From positions 75,330,001 through 75,394,000 of the forward strand of contig NC_134470.1 in the NCBI RefSeq assembly GCF_964194025.1: a stretch of 64,000 nt of DNA, given 5' to 3'. Positions 37,429 through 50,390 of the stretch are shown piece after piece. The translations under genes and the position numbers were made by a program. The DNA comes from Convolutriloba macropyga. Lineage: Eukaryota. Below the pieces are notes generated by a model. That model did not search any database and was not told where the DNA came from. It saw only the letters and a list, made by a program, of their open reading frames with translations. Position 1 is the stretch's first letter. The number at the start of each line of letters is the position of its first letter.

Positions 37429-40080
37429 ATTTACTGTAACGCTTTGCCATGGCTCTCAACGATTAGCTTATTGTTGTAAGCGTAAAATAGAAGGCGTTTT
37501 AATTTTGAACACGCTGCTGTGATGCTTCGTAGTGGTTGCCTGTTGTTCCGTCCTTTCAGTGGCTCATACTGCCTTTTTAATTAACCTGGTAACGTTTTGG
37601 GAAGTTTTTTTCCATCTAGATTAAAAGATACAGCTGAGATATCAGATGAATTTGATAAAGAAAAAGAGCGAGAGACAAGTATTAAAAACATAATATTTAA
37701 ATACATACAGGCAGAAGTATAATTAACCCAACCAATGTGTTGAAAAGTTGTTTAACTAAAACACGAAGTACTGAGTTTTTGGCTTGGTTAATTATTTCTC
37801 TCCAAATAAAAGCTCTTCTGAGATGTATAGATGGAACCTAGGCATATTGTTCCAGTCAATGGCCGCAGAATATAAATTTATTGATTATATAATTAGATAG
37901 CAGATAGTCTCTGACAATAGTTTTGCTGGTTCGAGAAAAATTGTGGTAAAATAGATATGACAGTTTCAAGTCTTAATTATGTGCTACTTTTGTTAGCGTT
38001 TTAATACTGAAAATTCGAGATTCAACGTAAATAACGTTATGTTTGACTTCTAAATTTCTTCTTGATTGTAAATTCATTTTTTATAATTTGATTTAAATAT
38101 TTGTGATTATTTGCCAATTCATCTGTCGTCCAAAATGTTAAATCAAATTTTTTTATCGTTAATTAACGAAACCCATTAGTCTTTATGATATACTACAATC
38201 GATTTTTCCATGGTTTCCGAAACTATTTGTTATGACTTGAATCTTCAGTTTTTTAATAGTTTTCATTCAAGAGCTGGTCTTTGCAAGATGTTTTCATTTA
38301 AGATTAATAAAGAATTTTTCCTGAGGCGATATTGTCTTTAAGTTTTTTCAGGCATGGATTTTTGATCAATTTCCATCGTGTCACATTATTTTACTCTTTG
38401 TAATTTTTCAAAAAAAACTTGGAGCTTGTTCGGTTCATTTTTCTGTTTTCAAAAAAATTCAAGAAGGAGAATGCTCATTCCTGTTTTGTTGTGAAGTTTT
38501 TTTTGAAAGAAAATGAAAATTTTTCAAATTTTGTGTGGGAGCAAAACACATGCTAGTTCCAGCCATTTGCAGCTCAAAGTGTTTGTTATGTTTTCATTTT
38601 TATTACATGCAGGAGCTCTGATATCAAAGATAAACTCAGTTTTGTTCAAAACACAGACAGTAGGAGTACATTTTTGCCATATCTGAGAGCCAACCGAATT
38701 AAAAAAAGTTTTTTTTACTTCGGTTGGAATCTGATCTCATTGATTTAAGCCAACATTTATCAATAATTGTTTCCTCTGTGGTTTTAAATAAGATACGAAC
38801 GAAAATGAAACATATAGTATTAGGTACAACAACATGTGCAGGTTGTTGTTCAGAAGACTGATTTTCAACTGGGTTTCAAAGTTTGACAAACATTAGATTT
38901 TCATTGGAGACTACAATGAGAGACTTTCTTATTTGAACTGTTCCCCTTTCTTTTTTTACCCTGATAAAACAAATTCTTCTGTTTTGTAACAACCTTATAG
39001 AGGTGCTTTATTAAAAAACATTATAAACTATAGTTTTGAAGGTAGCCTGAACAACAAAAAATGTAACTGTTGCTAACTTTTTTGTACATTGCTCAGGACG
39101 GCGTCTTTTTGATTTTTTGAATGAAACGAAAAAAAAAACTTTTATCTCCTGACGGATATCTTTAACTCTGGATTGTCATTGGTGTTATCCTCACCCAATT
39201 TCACTCAACCTCGCCAATATCATTTTGGATGTAATGTGCTGATAATTCTAACCTAACTCTTTTTCCTCAATAAACATTGCCAATGCCATTTAAGAGGCAT
39301 TCACCTGCATCACAAATTCTCCTGGCTGGGAATTGTACATTTTTTTCAATTACCTCATCTCAATTCCTCTACAAATACCACTTTTTATACCTTCTATGAC
39401 TATCTACAAGCTCTGTAAAACACTTTTGTCAACCGATAGCTTCTGAACAATGGTCTCTTTTATTTCTATGCATAGTGTCTAGAGCATTTTCTGCGCGTGA
39501 TTTGGAACCGTCGGGTACTGGCAGTTTCATAGTCCTAGTCACTTGAGGAGGTTCTTAATTTTTCATATCCTGCTGACTAAAAAGCAACCCTATCGCCATG
39601 TCTTCTGACATTGTCATATCTTCAACGTACTTATAATCTTGTCTTGTGCCGTAAGCTAAAAATATTCCAACTCATCAAGATAAAATATTCAAGTACCTCT
39701 GTCGCACTGACTCCTTTCCAAAGAAGAAACAATCTTGCTCTGCATAAGACGTGACTTTTTTAGAACTAAGTTATCTTGATCTGTAAAAAAGGAGTACGGT
39801 TATACATTTTTCTTTTGCCAGTATTGCAATAACAAACAATACTTCATTTTCCTTTTTTTTGACACTGATACTATGTTTTAACCGTGCCCGGTGACAATGA
39901 AGCACCAGACAGCCTTATTGTTGATTTTATTTCTTCTGAGCCTATAACTTAACTCAATTGCTCATTTCTTTTGAGTATTCTTTAACTAGTAAACCATTCT
40001 TTGTTCAAATTTAATACAAGCAAAGATTATTCCTTTCCGATTTGACTACCAGCTCCTGAGTCTAAAACTAATTCAAAGTC

Positions 40081-41188
40081 CGGTGGCGGTCAAGCCAAGC
40101 AATATACACAATTTATGTACAACCATTCGTTAAAAGAAGTTTAATACATAATAAGAAAGTTTCAGTTTAAAAAGAAGTGTTGAAGAAGAAAGTTCTCGTT
40201 AAAACTGAGTTTCTGTCCCTGTTGTATTAAAGAATTCTTCTGCCTCCGGCGCACTCAGCCATTTCAAGCACCATGGAGGTCTTCTACTGGCTGAACTTGA
40301 CATTTCAAAAAGATAATGGATCGGATACATGGCTAGCCTCGTAGGAGATGATGTGATCGGCAATTTTCATTATCACAAGGTAAGTAACAAGTCTTGTTAA
40401 TTAATTAAAACGAAAGAAATAAATTTTAAGAAGATTAAAAGTTTGATGACGTTGGTGGGACTCGAACCTCATTGTGCGGATGTCAGAATTTTAATCAATA
40501 TTAAGGCACTGCACTATGTTTTCTTCTGTATTTGGAGGTGTTTCGCATCATAGTTTCATTGTTCTCAGTTTGGAACTGTCTGAAAAATTGAGACGGATGA
40601 AATTGGCTCATCCTGAGTCTCGAACCCACGCCCGCATTGTTAATATCGAGTTAACTGACCGCGCTAAGTTCCATGTTGGATGGCGTATATTTTCAATTTA
40701 TACTTTTTCGATCTCAATACGAATTAATTTCCAACCAATTAAAGCAGATAGTTAGTATAAAATAAATGATCTTATTTTGTATAATATAATAGTCGTCAGT
40801 CTAAGGAGAACAAAATGCTAAAAGTCTGGTGGCGGTCAAGCCAGCCGATATGCAAGCAAGCCGAATTTTGAAAATGAGGTCAAGTAAACCGAAAAATTTT
40901 CGGATACCCGTATTTTAAGTTGCCCCTGGCGGGCCGGTGGGCGCGCGATTACATCCCACAGCGGATGAGAGGCATGGCCACGGACAGCGGTTTGCTGAGT
41001 CCCGTACTCACTAGATGTCTAAAAAGTGAATTATTTTCTTGGAATACTTTATGTACTATAATACTACGCGCAGTATTGATTGTAACGGCTGACAAGGTAT
41101 TATTTCTGATAGATTACATAACTATTACATAACTTTCGGCTTGCTTTTCTGTCGATTTGCTTGCCTATCGGCTTACTTTGCATTCGCC
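40081..41188. mobile_element. Right-arm-specific insertion flanked by the 8-bp direct repeat TCAAAGTC
   Basis: TCAAAGTC occurs at 40073-40080 and 41189-41196. The segment is absent from the mirror position in the left arm (~30135). Confidence 0.6.
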
Positions 41189-42770
41189 TCAAAGTCTCAG
41201 CTGTTGTATGTTTTCTGAGAAAAAATGTGAGGCCCGCCATAGAGTTTGAATTATTGAGATTTTTGGACAATCGTCTAATTTGGCTAACAAACTTTCTTCC
41301 AGGCGTTTGCTTCATTTTTTTTCACAGAAATGTTGCAAATTTCACTGCTCAACATCTGGCAGAACATTTACTTCCTGTTTCTGTGCTTTTTCTGGTTATT
41401 TTTATTTCTGCAATAACCTACTGGATGTCCACAATTTTGAAACTTAAAGCATTTGCGCTCTCAACTAATCAAAACTTCTGTTTTTTTTTGTAAATTCTCG
41501 TTATCAAGACTAAAGGATGTTGCGTATTTTTTATTTTTTCTCTCTACTATACTACAGGTGTGTTGTGAAGTTATCCATTTACTTTGCACATCCCTCTCAG
41601 TTCTTTCAAATTTATATTTTATCACTTTTTTGTATTTTATTCGTCTCCCTTCTTCAAGTTGAATAGCATATTTCTCCTGTCTTTATGAGATAACTCAAAT
41701 GTTCCTTTTAAGTACTTCATCAACCTTGTCAACTTTTCTGTATGCGTATATGATTGTGACCTCTCAAAATTTCTAAAGCACTTACACAAGACATCCCAAG
41801 CTTTGGTGCCGTCAACTTTTTGTGGTCTAAAATAGGAATTGACTTTTTATCTAATGCTTGATCTGAATCATTGCAGATGGTTTTTCTGTTCCACATCTTT
41901 CTTCGTTTATGTTCTGTCTTATTTCTTTGTTCTTCTGCTGCGTTGCTTCCAAGCATCGCCGTAAGAACTCCTTGAAAAATAATGTCCAAATTATAACTGG
42001 ATCTAACTTCCACGAATACATTTGTGCCTCAAATTTCCGAGCAAAATGTAAGATCTCATCCAGATGTCCTTTAGGTAGTGCTCTCTCTGACCTGCAACTA
42101 GTATTAGCAGCATTTTCTGCAGAGAAAATTTATATTAACAGAACAGGTGTTTAAGATGAGTTGTTTTTTTCTTCAAAAATAAGTATTTTCAATTTCTGCT
42201 TTTGGCTAGGCTGATCACCCTCGTAATTAGACACAGCTCCATGATAACCCAACACAGCACAGTTGTTCAGCAAACCCAACTTCTCTATCTACAGAGTTTT
42301 CCACAAGACTTCTCACTTGACAGATTTAGCACTCAACAGACTTTCCTCTCTAAGGATGAGGTCTCACTACACACCTGCAAAGGCTTCCAAGTTTATATTC
42401 AACACTGTCCGCGACTATTGCACGAAGAATAGGCACTACATGCAACTCTCGCACAATCCACACTTTTTCTCTTGGTCAGTTGCACAGTCGCTCGCCCCTC
42501 TTTTTTTGCCAAATCAGTGTCTCTGACTCTAGTCTGCCCCGCAAGTTCAGGTGATCTCTGGTGCAGAGACAGCAGCAATGATAAACTCTGACAAATGTGA
42601 GACTGATTTTTGAAATTGCTCTTGGTCCTTAATTTGTTGGTCCTAAGATCTCAGGGACAAGACTCATAATAAATCTTATTTGAAATGAATGTTGTGTTAA
42701 AGAGCGAAAAAACTAATTAATCGGTTGCAGAAAAAACCCCACGGAAAAAAATCCCACTTCATTTTAGATA

Positions 42771-42930
42771 GGAAATAAACCCCCACGGAAATAAACCCCC
42801 ACGGAAATAAACCCCCACGGAAATAAACCCCCACGGAAATAAACCCCCACGGAAATAAACCCCCACGGAAATAAACCCCCACGGAAATAAACCCCCACGG
42901 AAATAAACCCCCACGGAAATAAACCCCCAC
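42771..42930. repeat. 10 perfect copies of the 16-mer GGAAATAAACCCCCAC
   Basis: 160 bp counted directly. Confidence 0.97.
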
Positions 42931-44040
42931 TTTACCATTAGAGAGCTGCGCCTTAAGCGCGTTTGGCCATGCCTCAAATCATCAACTGTAGCCCAATTTT
43001 TTAAGAGGTGAAACATTTTCTATTTTCGATTGTAATTACTGCTTAAAGCAACAACAAAATATCATTTTGAAAGCTCTGAATTTTTATCAAGAACAATTAT
43101 TTCTCCTTTGAAATTTTAGGAATCTGGTTCAATGAACGAATGCTTAACGCATCAGTGCAGTTTTGAAAAATATTTTTAACAGTTAAGTTGAAAATAATTA
43201 AAAAATGCCTTAATTCTGACGCCGTTTTACTTTACGTAAAAAACAAAATTTTCTTTTAATTTAAACTTATACCAACGCCCCTTTTCACACTTCATTTTTA
43301 CTATTATGAGATGTAAACAAGTATTGAAAAAAGCGTGCAATAGAAGAATTTTGTAATTTTTTTTTGTAGGAATCGAGTGACCGATTTTGGTCAAGTTTGT
43401 TTTCATTTCTCGGTCAAAACTTTGAACCCCTTGTAAGTTACTTAGTTAATGTTTTTCTATGTTATTTTCGAGGGACTGGCAGTCTAAAAGCCCAGCAACA
43501 TACTTCAAATATGAACATGAACATTTCATCAATTTGTGAACTTTTAATGAGAGATAAAATGAAGAGATATGTAACCACAGTTCTTGCTAATTTGAGATTT
43601 CGAGCTCAAAGCTAAGCAGTAGTCAATAATATGGCGGAAACAAGTGATAATTAAGAGAATAAACAGTCAATAATCACAGGAATGGTTTGCTAATAATTCC
43701 AGTTCCCAATAAACAGTTTCATTCAGTTTCATTCAGCAAAAATTGTGAAGAAATGCGTTTGAATCAGGCAAGCTGGTTTCATTAAATTTTGTTCGCTTTT
43801 CTGATTTTTAAGACCATATCATTAGTTGATATATTCCTTTAAAAACTTTTGCCGTGCCATTTTTGTTTCTTGTGTTGACGTTTCCGGTTAACCATGCAAG
43901 GGTTATATCTCATCAACCTAGGTATATTTGGTGCAAATCATAAAACGCATAGCTGTATAAGATCTATTAATTATTAGGGCTTCATTTATTTTTCGATATC
44001 GTTTAAACCTCGACTTATGAAAAGACATCATAATTCAAGT

Positions 44041-44900
44041 GGGGGGGGGTCTTTATTGACTATAAATACACAGTCCAGCACTTAGTTAAAGTCCAGGTAA
44101 TGTCTTTTCATGGGTCCAGATAAGTCTTTTCATAGACTAATAAAGTCGAGCACAATCTTTTCATGGGTTGAGCAAGGGTCTGTTCATAAGCCAAATAAAG
44201 TCGAGCATGGTCTTTTCTTGGGTCGAGCAAGGGTCTGTTCATAAGCCAAATAAAGTGGAGAACGTCTTTTCATGGGTTGAGCAAGTTCATTTCAGCAAAT
44301 ATAAAAGTAGATTCTATCCATTAGGTCGAACTAAAATCCAGCCCTAATTTTGGGGCGAGCTAAAATCTTCTAAAAATTTCTGAGTCGAGCTTAAGTCCTT
44401 TTTAAAAAATTTTGGGTCGAGCTAAAGTCTTTTGTTAAAAAATCTCTGTCAAGCTAAAGTCCAGCGTGTCTTAAATTCCAGGTAAAGTCTTTTCATAGCT
44501 CAAATGAGTCGAGTACGGTCTTTTCATAGTACATTTTGGTCGAGCATTGTCTTTTTATAAGTCTGTACCTAAACCTGGGTAGTCTAGACATCGACCTATG
44601 AAATGAACATGCTCGAAAAAGGACATTAATAGAACATGCTGGACCCAAAAGAGCTATCAATTGAGTTTTTCCAGACGTTATTAATATCCCGGACATTTGA
44701 TCGACCCAAAAATTTACACTGGACTTTTGCTCGACCACAATTGGGCGTTGGACTTTTCCTCGACTAAAATTATTGAGGAATTACATTTGAGTCGAACAAA
44801 AATTCACAACATAGGACATGAAAACACGTTAGAAAACTTGGGTGGAGCTATTGTCAATTCATGGGTTGAGCAAAGATCTTTTCACGAATCTGCATTTTTG
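44041..44900. mobile_element. Non-autonomous DNA-transposon-like element with a G-run start and GGTCGAGC/AAGTCTTTTCAT subrepeats
   Basis: Subrepeats run in direct then inverted orientation. Related sequence occurs at 45380-45522 and 47072-47530. Confidence 0.55.
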
Positions 44901-45522
44901 CTTCAAAATTTTATCATAGAAATTTTTCGCTTACTATTTCTCATGAGGTAGTTAGCATCCACGCTCCTTCATCCCTAGCAACTCCGAATAACCATTAATC
45001 TATCAGAAAATTTCTTAAATGTAGAAGGGAAAACGCTGATTAACGCCACTATTTCAGCATGGCTAATGGGAAGAAGTATGGCTATTTACAGTTAATCTAC
45101 CTAGTTTCATTCAATCAAATAAAGTAGCAATATAATCCTGCTGCAATAATTGCTTTATCTTAAGAATTGCAAGCATTCTTCAACTTTTGACTTTTGGCTG
45201 CTTTCCAACTGTGTTTTGAGTTGAACTGAAATGGCGCAATGCAGTTTAGTCTTGCTTCGATGCTGCTTCAGAATTTGCAGTAGCAAGAGAAAATAATTTT
45301 TTTCCATATTTTGTTTACAAAAACAGACTTTTGAAAGGACTTTTGCAAGAAAACATCTTCAAACAAAGAAAATTCTCAGAAAAAAATTTTCTCGACCCAT
45401 GAAAATAATATGCTCGACCATAAATTTCTGGGAAAGTCTTTTGCTCGACCCATAAAAGCACTTTCGTGGACCTTAACTAGGAAGCTCGTCTGTGCCATTT
45501 TGGCCAACACTGACCCCCCCCC

Positions 45523-45546
45523 CACACACACACACACACACACACA
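45523..45546. repeat. (CA)12 microsatellite
   Basis: Read directly. Confidence 0.95.
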
Positions 45547-45729
45547 AAATGGACCCTTTGGGTCTTTTCTAAGACTCTGCATGGAGCAGGGATATATAGA
45601 TCAACTATAGTATCATATGTTTTGGAATTTGCAAGTTCCGTACGTGATTACCAAGATATCGAATATTATGTAAGGATACTTCACAAATGTTTGAATCTGA
45701 GTTCCCCATTTTGAGATGCCAGACGGAAT

Positions 45730-47015
45730 TGACATCTGATCAGACCCAAATCCAACTCACACGGTGTGTTTCATGACCAAAATTAAAAGGTCGGGGATTT
45801 GGTTCGAGCGCACAACCATATGATCAGAGGTCACTTTGATCTAGCGGTTGTCTAATCAGAGGTCACTTCCGGATGGTTATGGTCTGCTCAGAGATCATTT
45901 TTGTTTGCGGTGGTTTGGTCAGAAGTGGACTCAAGCGCATATTAGTCTGATCAGAGAAGATTTTGAGCACAATTGGGTCTGATCAGAGACCATTTCGACC
46001 GCATTTTTTCTTTCGATTTTTTGTTTTTTTAATGAGAGATGATGACTCTGCCAGGCGGCAACAAAAAAGCAGTATTCTGATCAGATACACATCTAGAATT
46101 TGAGGGGTTAATCAGAAACAAAGGGGTCCAGCTGACACCAAATTTTGATCCCTTAGGAGGAAATTGTGATTAACCGTAGATCACTACGTTTTTTTATGGA
46201 AAGCTGTCTTCAATCTTCCATTGAGTCAGAAATCTACATTAATGGTACAATATATTTTTTTTTCAACAATTGGGTTTTGTTTTCATTAGCAATGCTTTTA
46301 GAATTTGCTTTTCCTTAGATGAATTTAATACTGCAAACATCAACTTTTATTAAAAAAAGAATATATCTTAGCAAAATTAATGAAAACCGTTCATAATGAA
46401 GACCATTCTCTAGTCAAACTATTTTGAACGCAATTAAGTCTGATCAGATGTGATTTTGAGCGCACAAATTTTTGATCAAGAGTGACTTTCCAGCGCACAT
46501 GTTTGGTCAGAATTAATTTTGATCAAACAATCGTTTGGACAATGCTCGGGGTTTGGTCCGGGCCAAGGTCACACAATCTTCTGGTCAATGGTTTGATTTC
46601 AGCCTAATCAGAGGTCATTTCTGTATGGTCAGATCTGATCAGAAACAACTTTGAGCACACTCCGAGCGCAAACGATGTATCGAGGGCACTTCAGTCTGAT
46701 CAGTGGACACTTTTGTTTGGGATGGTTTAATCAGAGGTTACTTTCGCCTGGCATGGTCTCATCAGAGGTCACTACCGGATGGCACTTCAACCTGGGTTTT
46801 GTTATCCCGGTTAAAATCCCGATTATCACATAGAGATCAAGTATAAGTTGCTGAGGAGCACATTATAATATATAACACACAAAATAAAACATCGTATTAA
46901 AAAAATGAAAACTTTAAATACTGTTTGACTGACAGTGAATCACCCACGTCAAAGTGCACGACCAAAGCCGCAGCTCTGATCAGACCATCATGGGTGGGGC
47001 CGCTCAACCTGGGTG
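45730..47015. repeat. Degenerate ~32-bp minisatellite with palindromic core TCTGATCAGA
   Basis: The core recurs many times (e.g. 45735, 45946, 45978, 46076, 46439, 46633, 46975). Confidence 0.75.
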
Positions 47016-47071
47016 TTTATGACCAAATGCAATCCCAGGTCTAGACCTCGACAAATGAAAATACTAAAAGT

Positions 47072-47530
47072 CTAGTGGCGGGGGGCGGGGGGCAAAATTG
47101 ACTATAATTACACGGTCCAGCAACTAGTTAAAGTCCAGCTAAGGTCTTTTCTTGGGTCCAGCTAAAGTCTTTTCATAACCAGTTAAAGTCGAGCAAGGTC
47201 TTTTCATGGGTCGACTAATAGTCTTTTCATAACCAACAAAGTCGAGTTAAGGTCTTTTCAGGGGTCCATCATTAGTCTTTTGATAAGTCTGCTTTTTTGT
47301 CAATTCAGAATTTTTATTTTTTTCTGCTTCTGGTTTTCGCAAACATTGGGTAGAGCTTAAATCCAACCCTAATTTTTGGTCGAGCTAAAGACTTTTGAGA
47401 AAATTTCGGGGTCCAGTTAAAGTCTTTCGAGGTAAATGTGAGTCGAGCTAAATTCAAGCATGACTTAAAGTTCAGCTAACGTCTTCTCATAGCTGAAATG
47501 AGTCCAGTATGGTCTTTTCATAATACATTT
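47072..47530. mobile_element. Second copy of the 44041-type element end
   Basis: G-run followed by TTGACTATAA.TACAC.GTCCAGCA..AGTTAAAGTCCAG, collinear with 44041-44530. Confidence 0.55.
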
Positions 47531-47852
47531 CAAATAATGTATGACCTTTTACATTATTATTTTTTCTGGACTGTAATCAGTATGAATGATTTGAAATAAG
47601 AACTTATTTCAAAAAAACAACACTAATATCAATAGCATATACGGAAAACATCATCCAGCTCCTTAATTCGACGTCCGTCACTTCTTATAGCTGGTTTCTA
47701 AAGAAAATTTAATTTGAATATTAATTTGGTTTTCATAACTGTGGTCATCAACTCTACAGATCAACATTTTAATAAATCACCTACCAGCAGGCCATTACAT
47801 TTCTCAACAAGCAAAGCGAGCCTTTCTTTAATTAAACATAAATTTAGGCTAT

Positions 47853-48512
47853 CCCAGGTCGAGGTTTTGTCGAAAAATAAGTTAAAAATTGCGGTGAATA
47901 GCGGTGAAAAAAATTCACCGCAAAGCGCCCGCTTCTTTTTGCGGTGAAAACGGTGAATTTTTGCAAAATTTATGGTTTTTAGCGTTGGAAGTTTTATTTT
48001 CACCGCCCTCACTGGATTTCTTACGAAAAAAAGGAACTGCCGTACAAGGGTTCCAATCTCTCACCTACTGCATGTCATCAACTTCTTATTCCACAGCGCC
48101 ACCTGTCTCTTACTTCAATCATATTTCATCTGAATTTAAATCAGATTCAATAAACTTTATGAAAATTAAATGCGTTGAAACTTTTGTAAGATTTGCGGAT
48201 TTTAGTGGTAAATTGTTCATTTTCAACGGTTAAGCGGTGAAAAAAAATAATAATTCACCGCTACTAACGGGCAGTGGTCAAAATAAAAATTTCACCTCTA
48301 AAAACCGCGAATCTTACGAAAATTCACCGCAAAAAAATTTACAGTGGTTTTTAGCGGTGAGTTTTGGTAAGGATTGCGATTCTTAGCGGTGATTTTTTTC
48401 ACCGGATTTACTGCATTAAACGCTAAACATCGCAATTCTTACATTTTTTCCCCGCATTCAGTGGAAATCTTACATTTTTTAGCAATTTTTAGCGTTGACA
48501 CCTCGACCAGGG
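47853..48512. mobile_element. MITE with CCC(A/T)GGTCGAGG TIRs and an AT flank on both sides (CMC/EnSpm-like)
   Basis: at|CCCAGGTCGAGG...CCTCGACCAGGG|at, with many internal GCGGTGA/TCACCGC subrepeats in both orientations. Confidence 0.68.
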
Positions 48513-49618
48513 ATGGCATTATATGCAACCCAAAAAATTTTTTGCCTGAAATCATTTGAACTGATATCCCAACACGCCCAATAAAGTTAATATAAATTTA
48601 TATTAAGAATACTTAAATTACCTGAACTGTTAGTCCAATTTTACCTGTACTCTTTCTTAAAATTTACGGCATCGCAACCTTAAATTTTATCCTAACTTAT
48701 CGTTATAGTATACCTTGTTAACCTTTTACCTTGATTATTAGAGTACTTTTCCTTAACCTTGCCTAATTTAACTGAAGGAGAACTGCAAAACAAACTAGTT
48801 CAGAATTTCAAACGGGAGGAGCGCCAATCTAGCCGAATAAGCGCGTAGCAGAAAGAGAAGAATTTGGCAATAATCAGTCCGAATCACTGTCGTTCTCTCA
48901 CAGGTCAGTTGTAAATGCGTTGTAAAAAAGCAACTTAAGTATTTTTAAGAAATTACTTGGAATTAACGTAATGAAAAACTACTATCCGTGGTCGCAACCT
49001 CCCCACTGCCCTGTCAGGGGGGGTGTGCGGTCCATATGGAGAATCTAACCAAGACTACTGATTTGATTCTCCAAATTTACAAATTTTGTAGTTTATATTA
49101 ATGTGATGAGATTTAAACTTTAGCCTTAGAAATACAACCGTTCGACTAAAGTTTTTTTTTATTCCACTAATATCCCCTTCCCGAGTCGAGATCACTGACA
49201 AATGACCAGACAAACCAGACAACTTCCAGACATCCGACACGACCAAATGTCTATGTCCAGACCAGTCAGACTAATGACCAGACAGCTAAGACAACCGAGA
49301 TAACCCAGCCAGCCCGGTCAACATGTCATCTTGTTGAGGCAATAGAGACCATCCCGGGGTGAGGTGGTGCAAAATTAGGTATAATTCGGATGCAATTCCC
49401 CTAATTCCCTCAGATGCAATGAAATGGTTTGGAAATTTCAATCGAAAATTTAGTTTATTCATGCCATGAAGGGTTTCAGAAGCAGCGTCTCAAAGAACAA
49501 CCTAAGTTCTAGCTAAACAATGTTTAGTTAGTGCATTTTTGTGACAACTGGTTTCAACCCACCTTGGAGCTTGATGAAGGAATCGTATGCTCACCCGGGT
49601 CGAGATGCGCTCAACCCA

Positions 49619-50390
49619 TGTTAATATGTTAGAGTTCAGCTCCCGGATGTTGTTGTTGTTTTTTTTAGCTGTTGCACAGAGGTGCAATTTGCAGGTAATT
49701 TTGTCGGGATACAGGCACTTATTGCCGTTTTCAACTGGTAACCTAGTTGCATCTGTATCATAATAAAAATAGATATATTGGTAGTAAAATGACTGCCTAA
49801 CCCCAACTTGCTTGTTGTGCGGAGACCGTTCTGCATCTACGCCATGGTGAGTGGCATGCGGTTCTCGTGTTAGGGAGGCCAGAGGGGTATAGTCAACATC
49901 GGGGGATAGGGCCAATGAATGTGGATTCTTCTGTGCAGTGTGGTCGTGTTGGACTGATGGTATTAAGTACAGTCGGTTGGCTACCTCTACTGGTCTCTCA
50001 TACAGGTCAATTAATTTCAGGTCCGTGATATTCTTACTGCAGTTGAAAATATGGTTTCCTCATGTGGTGCTACTTCACATTTGGGACAGCGGTTATCAAC
50101 CTCGTCACAGATCCTACTGAAGTAAGAGTTGAGCAGGGGCAGTATCCAGTTGAAGCACAGCCAGACTCAGGTCCTGGCCCTTAAACTCGTCGTGCCTTTT
50201 CGTTTTCGATATATTTTAATTATCTACTTTATTTACGAAACTACTTTTGCCTTTGATTTTTCTCAGCCAGACTCAGGTCCTGGTCCTTGAACTCGTCCTG
50301 CCTTTTCGTTTTCGATATATTTTAATTAACTACTTTATTTACGAAACTACCTTTGCCCTTCATTTTTCTCATTTATGGCACCGATCAGTT
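49619..50390 (+). mobile_element. Candidate LTR (TG...CA) followed by a PBS-like TGGCACCGATC
   Basis: TG at 49619, AATAAA at ~49762, CA at 50370-71, TGG at 50376, and an internal ~108-bp tandem duplication. No partner LTR in the window. Confidence 0.4.

Larger units (their letters stand above)
27661..43646. mobile_element. ~16 kb giant inverted-repeat (foldback-like) structure with CAC...GTG termini
   Basis: 27661 CACGAGGTTCCGCCACATTATTGACTACTGCTTAGCTTTGAGCTCG matches the reverse complement of 43601-43646 apart from a few mismatches. Inverted homology can be followed inward to ~33805 versus ~37130 (and ~34450). The palindrome itself is certain; classification as a TE is inference. Confidence 0.7.
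37130..43646 (-). repeat. Right arm of the giant inverted repeat
   Basis: Mirror of the left arm, with arm-specific insertions. Confidence 0.92.

Noticed and set aside
40445-40675. Functional tRNA genes
   Set aside because: Only B-box/T-arm-like relics are present, and I could not fold a full cloverleaf.
42697-43016. ORFs with GVYFRGGLFPWGFISV repeats
   Set aside because: These are translations of the 16-bp tandem repeat.
27661-43646. Polinton/Maverick or linear virus with TIRs
   Set aside because: There are no AG-type termini and no recognisable pPolB, integrase or capsid. The interior is itself palindromic.
42771-48500. CRISPR-like arrays
   Set aside because: The repeats are either spacerless or degenerate with related spacers. 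The context is eukaryotic and there are no cas genes.
48670-48770. Telomeric repeats (TAACCT-like)
   Set aside because: Short, irregular and interstitial, so more likely a TE subterminal low-complexity tract.
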